Below, piece after piece: positions 63,416-64,000 of a DNA stretch of 64,000 nucleotides. Source of the stretch: Rickettsia typhi (lineage in GTDB: Bacteria > Pseudomonadota > Alphaproteobacteria > Rickettsiales > UBA1997). Position 1 is the stretch's first letter. Every line of letters starts with the position of its first letter. The stretch is from NCBI GenBank assembly GCA_945875925.1, contig CAMCME010000002.1, positions 1,119-65,118 of the forward strand. Reading direction: 5' to 3'. The notes under the pieces are model-generated. The model saw nothing but the letters and a program-made list of their open reading frames with translations. It was not told the origin of the DNA and did no database searches. The translations under genes and the position numbers were made by a program.

Positions 63416-64000
63416 ATGACTTCAGTAACGATAGATCTAAATAGCGAAGAATTTTTAAGAAATTTCCTATCAGAATTTGAGAGTAAGGCCAGAAAAGATG
63501 AGAATGGAGTCGAATTTTGGTTTGCTCGAGATCTACAAAATCTCTTGGGTTATGAGGCCTCTTGGCAAAACTTCGAGCAAGTTATTGAAAAGGCTAAAAT
63601 AGCTTGTGAAGGATTCGGACAGAAGGTCGAAGACCATTTTAATGATGTCATTAAAATGGTGAAAAGTGGTGTGGCTCCTAAGCCGACAAAAGATTTAAAA
63701 CTCAACAGGTATGCTTGTTATTTAATAGCTCAAAATGCTGATGTAAGAAAAAAACCAGTGGCATTTGCTCAAACTTATTTTGCAGTTCAAACAAGAAGAA
63801 GAGAGTTAGATGATATTGAATTAAATAAGCTGAGTGAGAATGAAAAAAGAATTCAACTTAGGTCTGATATAAAAAAACATAATGCTCTTCTTTCTGGAGT
63901 AGCTAAAAGTGCAGGAGTTGTGCAGCCCTTGGATTACGCTATTTTCCAAAACCATGGTTACAAAGGTTTGTACGGCGGTTTAGATAAGAGTGGAATTGCA
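63416..64000 (+). CDS. dinD: DNA damage-inducible protein D (DinD-like), 3' end beyond the window
   Basis: Open frame from the ATG at 63416 to the window edge (195 codons): FE..ARKDENGVEFWFARDLQNLLGY..W.NF..VI.KAK.AC, LNRYACYLIAQNAD..K..VAFAQTYFAVQTRR and GYKGLYGGL match my recollection of DinD. Confidence 0.7.
   Translation, partial: MTSVTIDLNSEEFLRNFLSEFESKARKDENGVEFWFARDLQNLLGYEASWQNFEQVIEKAKIACEGFGQKVEDHFNDVIKMVKSGVAPKPTKDLKLNRYACYLIAQNADVRKKPVAFAQTYFAVQTRRRELDDIELNKLSENEKRIQLRSDIKKHNALLSGVAKSAGVVQPLDYAIFQNHGYKGLYGGLDKSGIA

Overview
AT-rich bacterial chromosome segment, densely coding (about 60 CDS and 2 tRNAs, no rRNA, no CRISPR). Gene content and order look alphaproteobacterial and suggest an intracellular lifestyle (Rickettsiales/Holosporales-like; this taxon call is inference). 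Supporting blocks: truB-rpsO-pnp, atpH-atpA-atpG, bolA-grxD, rpmI-rplT, grpE, clpP-clpX, hemE, purK/purB/purM, pyrD, dapD, bioB, hslU, rimK, kdsB, uvrA, pstS and bamA, plus an NDUFAF7/MidA-type methyltransferase, an ankyrin-repeat protein and an IS remnant. Main observations: (1) About 20 copies of GC-rich palindromic mini-elements in at least six families. Two full copies and one fragment are translated in frame inside conserved genes, as with Rickettsia palindromic elements. (2) A cluster of six exact TGTT(G/A)ATAA DnaA-box-like 9-mers in the 261-bp spacer upstream of hemE, the classical alphaproteobacterial origin position. (3) An accessory cassette between the atp operon and speB: two tandem prolyl-4-hydroxylase-like 2OG dioxygenases lie divergent from a GlcNAc-transferase-like/methyltransferase-like fusion protein and an M14-type deacylase. 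This resembles the eukaryotic Skp1 hydroxyproline-GlcNAc pathway and is my best candidate for an undescribed system. (4) Smaller oddities: an ImmA/IrrE protease paired with a small membrane protein, a 5'-truncated type-2 ileS fragment, a 554-569-aa orphan membrane protein next to a GNAT::IS481-like chimera, charged R/D tails on both PNPase and a DEAD-box helicase, a nested palindromic element, and a candidate sRNA with its own terminator. All functional calls rest on motif recognition by eye and need HMM or structure searches to confirm.
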